Part shown: piece after piece, positions 62,463 through 64,000 of the stretch
Position numbering within the stretch: position 1 is the first letter of the stretch
Layout: each line of letters begins with the position of its first letter
Position numbers and translations under genes: made by a program
NCBI GenBank assembly: GCA_029953675.1
Contig: JAMWBK010000001.1
Location: forward strand, 1,798,001-1,862,000
Origin: Rhodosorus marinus CCMP1338
Lineage: Eukaryota > Plantae > Rhodophyta
Length of the DNA: 64,000 nt
Direction of reading: 5' to 3'
Notes under the pieces: model-generated
The model's database searches: none
The model's input: only the letters and a program-made list of their open reading frames with translations
What the model was told of the DNA's origin: nothing

Positions 62463-64000
62463 GGTTTTTCCCGAATCTTACGGAACAAAATGTTGAGTTG
62501 GACAACCAATACCTGTTTCGTATGCTTGCGTGGAGCTGCTTGGGTTCCACAGAAGAAGGATGCCGTTGCCCGCATGTTGGAGGCTGCTTATTCGTCAGAT
62601 CATGCGGCTCGGAGGAAGGATTATACTGTGCGCAATCAGCCTCCGAGGCTCTCGGACTAGGGGAGCGCAGAGGCGAAGGCCCAGTTACAGACATGGTTCA
62701 ATATTGTTCAAATTTATTAAGATGTGTGCGGAATGCTGAGCTCTGGATCAGGAAAATAGGTGTAACATTGCAAGGGAAATTTTTTTCACACGAATACAGT
62801 CCGTATTTGCAGACTCGCACCCAACCTGTTCCAAGTTCCGGGGAGGGGGGGGGGGTGGGGACAGTTCAAACCCACAATCAGCGATTATGATGGTATTGTC
62901 GTCTCCGAGCTTCGCATTAGAAATTGCCCCGTCTTTGTCCAGTGGACCTGTCCGCTATGATGTCAGACAGGTGGTCGATAACGCTACAGATGCACCCATC
63001 CCTTCAATGCGTGCCGAGATGTATGTTTCGACAATCCAAGCCTCAAGCGTTAAAGCTTGGGTCTATCAAAGCCGCGCAAGCCCGTGCTGTAATGAAGGTA
63101 CTTTTAGTGGATTACAAACACCTGCCTGAGAAGCCTGCTACTATTTTTCCCAAGCTGAGGTGACTAGCATGTACACAAACGCTCTCAAACACCCCATCAT
63201 GAAGGGTAAGAAAAGCACCTTCTGATTCGTTTCGACGTCTTTTAGCAAATGGAGAGGGGAGAAGGGGGAATAGAATTTTTCGATGTATGTGCGGAGAAAG
63301 TGCCTGTTCAATTCCCAAGAGCCCGTGTCGGGTGTTGATGTTCTTGAAACGACGCCGCTTCCAAAACGTCAGACAGGTCAGAAGCAGCCAACGTGCGACA
63401 GATTGATTGGCTATCTTACATGGTCGTTTTTTATTGGTTATATCTCAACAACCAATCAATTTTGTAACCCACTCATTTCTACGTATTTGTTGTCCAGGAA
63501 TTTTTTTATTTTTTTGGAGGCCCGTGAGCCTTGCATTATCGTCAATTTTTATTCGAAGCTTTTTTTTTTACCGCTGAGGGGCATTGCGAGACCCATATAT
63601 CGTATTTACTAGATGAATGCTTGTTTTCACGATACGGGATACACTGATTTCAACGGAAAAAAGGGAAGAGAACTAATCACAGTATAAAGGCACATCGAAT
63701 ATATAGGCCAGGATCACATTAGACGAAAGATTTTCCAAGATCGTTCTGTAGCCCCTGGTGGCTAGACTTCGTCCCAATTCCTTGAAATATGTTTTGAAAT
63801 AATAGTACTTATGGCTTTTATGACGAAACGCATAGCCCCCTTAAGAAATCGACATACTTATTTATATGCAATTTCATTCGAAAAAAATGTAATTTCTACG
63901 AGTCGGCTGTTGCTAATCTAAGAGTCAGACAACTGAGGGTTTGGGGCTGAGAAGGCGCCGTTTCGTAAAATCGATTTTGAAAGGCGGATTTCCTGAAACT

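Noticed and set aside
62500-64000. Short ORFs at the right end of the window
   Set aside because: No recognisable motifs or consistent exon chain.

Overview
Gene-dense eukaryotic nuclear DNA with many short GT-AG introns (about 45-160 nt). The host is most likely a red alga: the EF-1alpha reads [19 protein letters not shown], plastid proteins carry simple transit peptides without signal peptides, and laforin is present. This taxonomy is inferred, not verified. I built models by eye for about 20 recognisable genes: GCLC, a ZnT5-N-domain protein, UXT, plastid KAS, DDX1, HCF101, DPH6, RPC2, laforin/CBM20, fibrillin, UBE2T, Pth, MCM3, SAS-6, a membrane pyrophosphatase, EF1A, NOG1, LAS1, a degenerate polyprenyl synthase and presenilin. 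Several orphan or unresolved ORFs remain. I saw no rRNA, tRNA, CRISPR array or transposase. Top observations: (1) an intact 7-exon SAS-6 centriole-cartwheel gene, keeping the ring-forming Phe, in a lineage believed to lack centrioles and flagella; (2) an enlarged membrane PPase with the K+-dependent, Na+-pump-type signature; (3) a catalytically degenerate PDSS2/Dlp1-like prenyltransferase; (4) a possible triple-CBM20 laforin; (5) convergent gene pairs whose stop codons overlap or abut. All homology calls come from motif recognition from memory; no searches were run.
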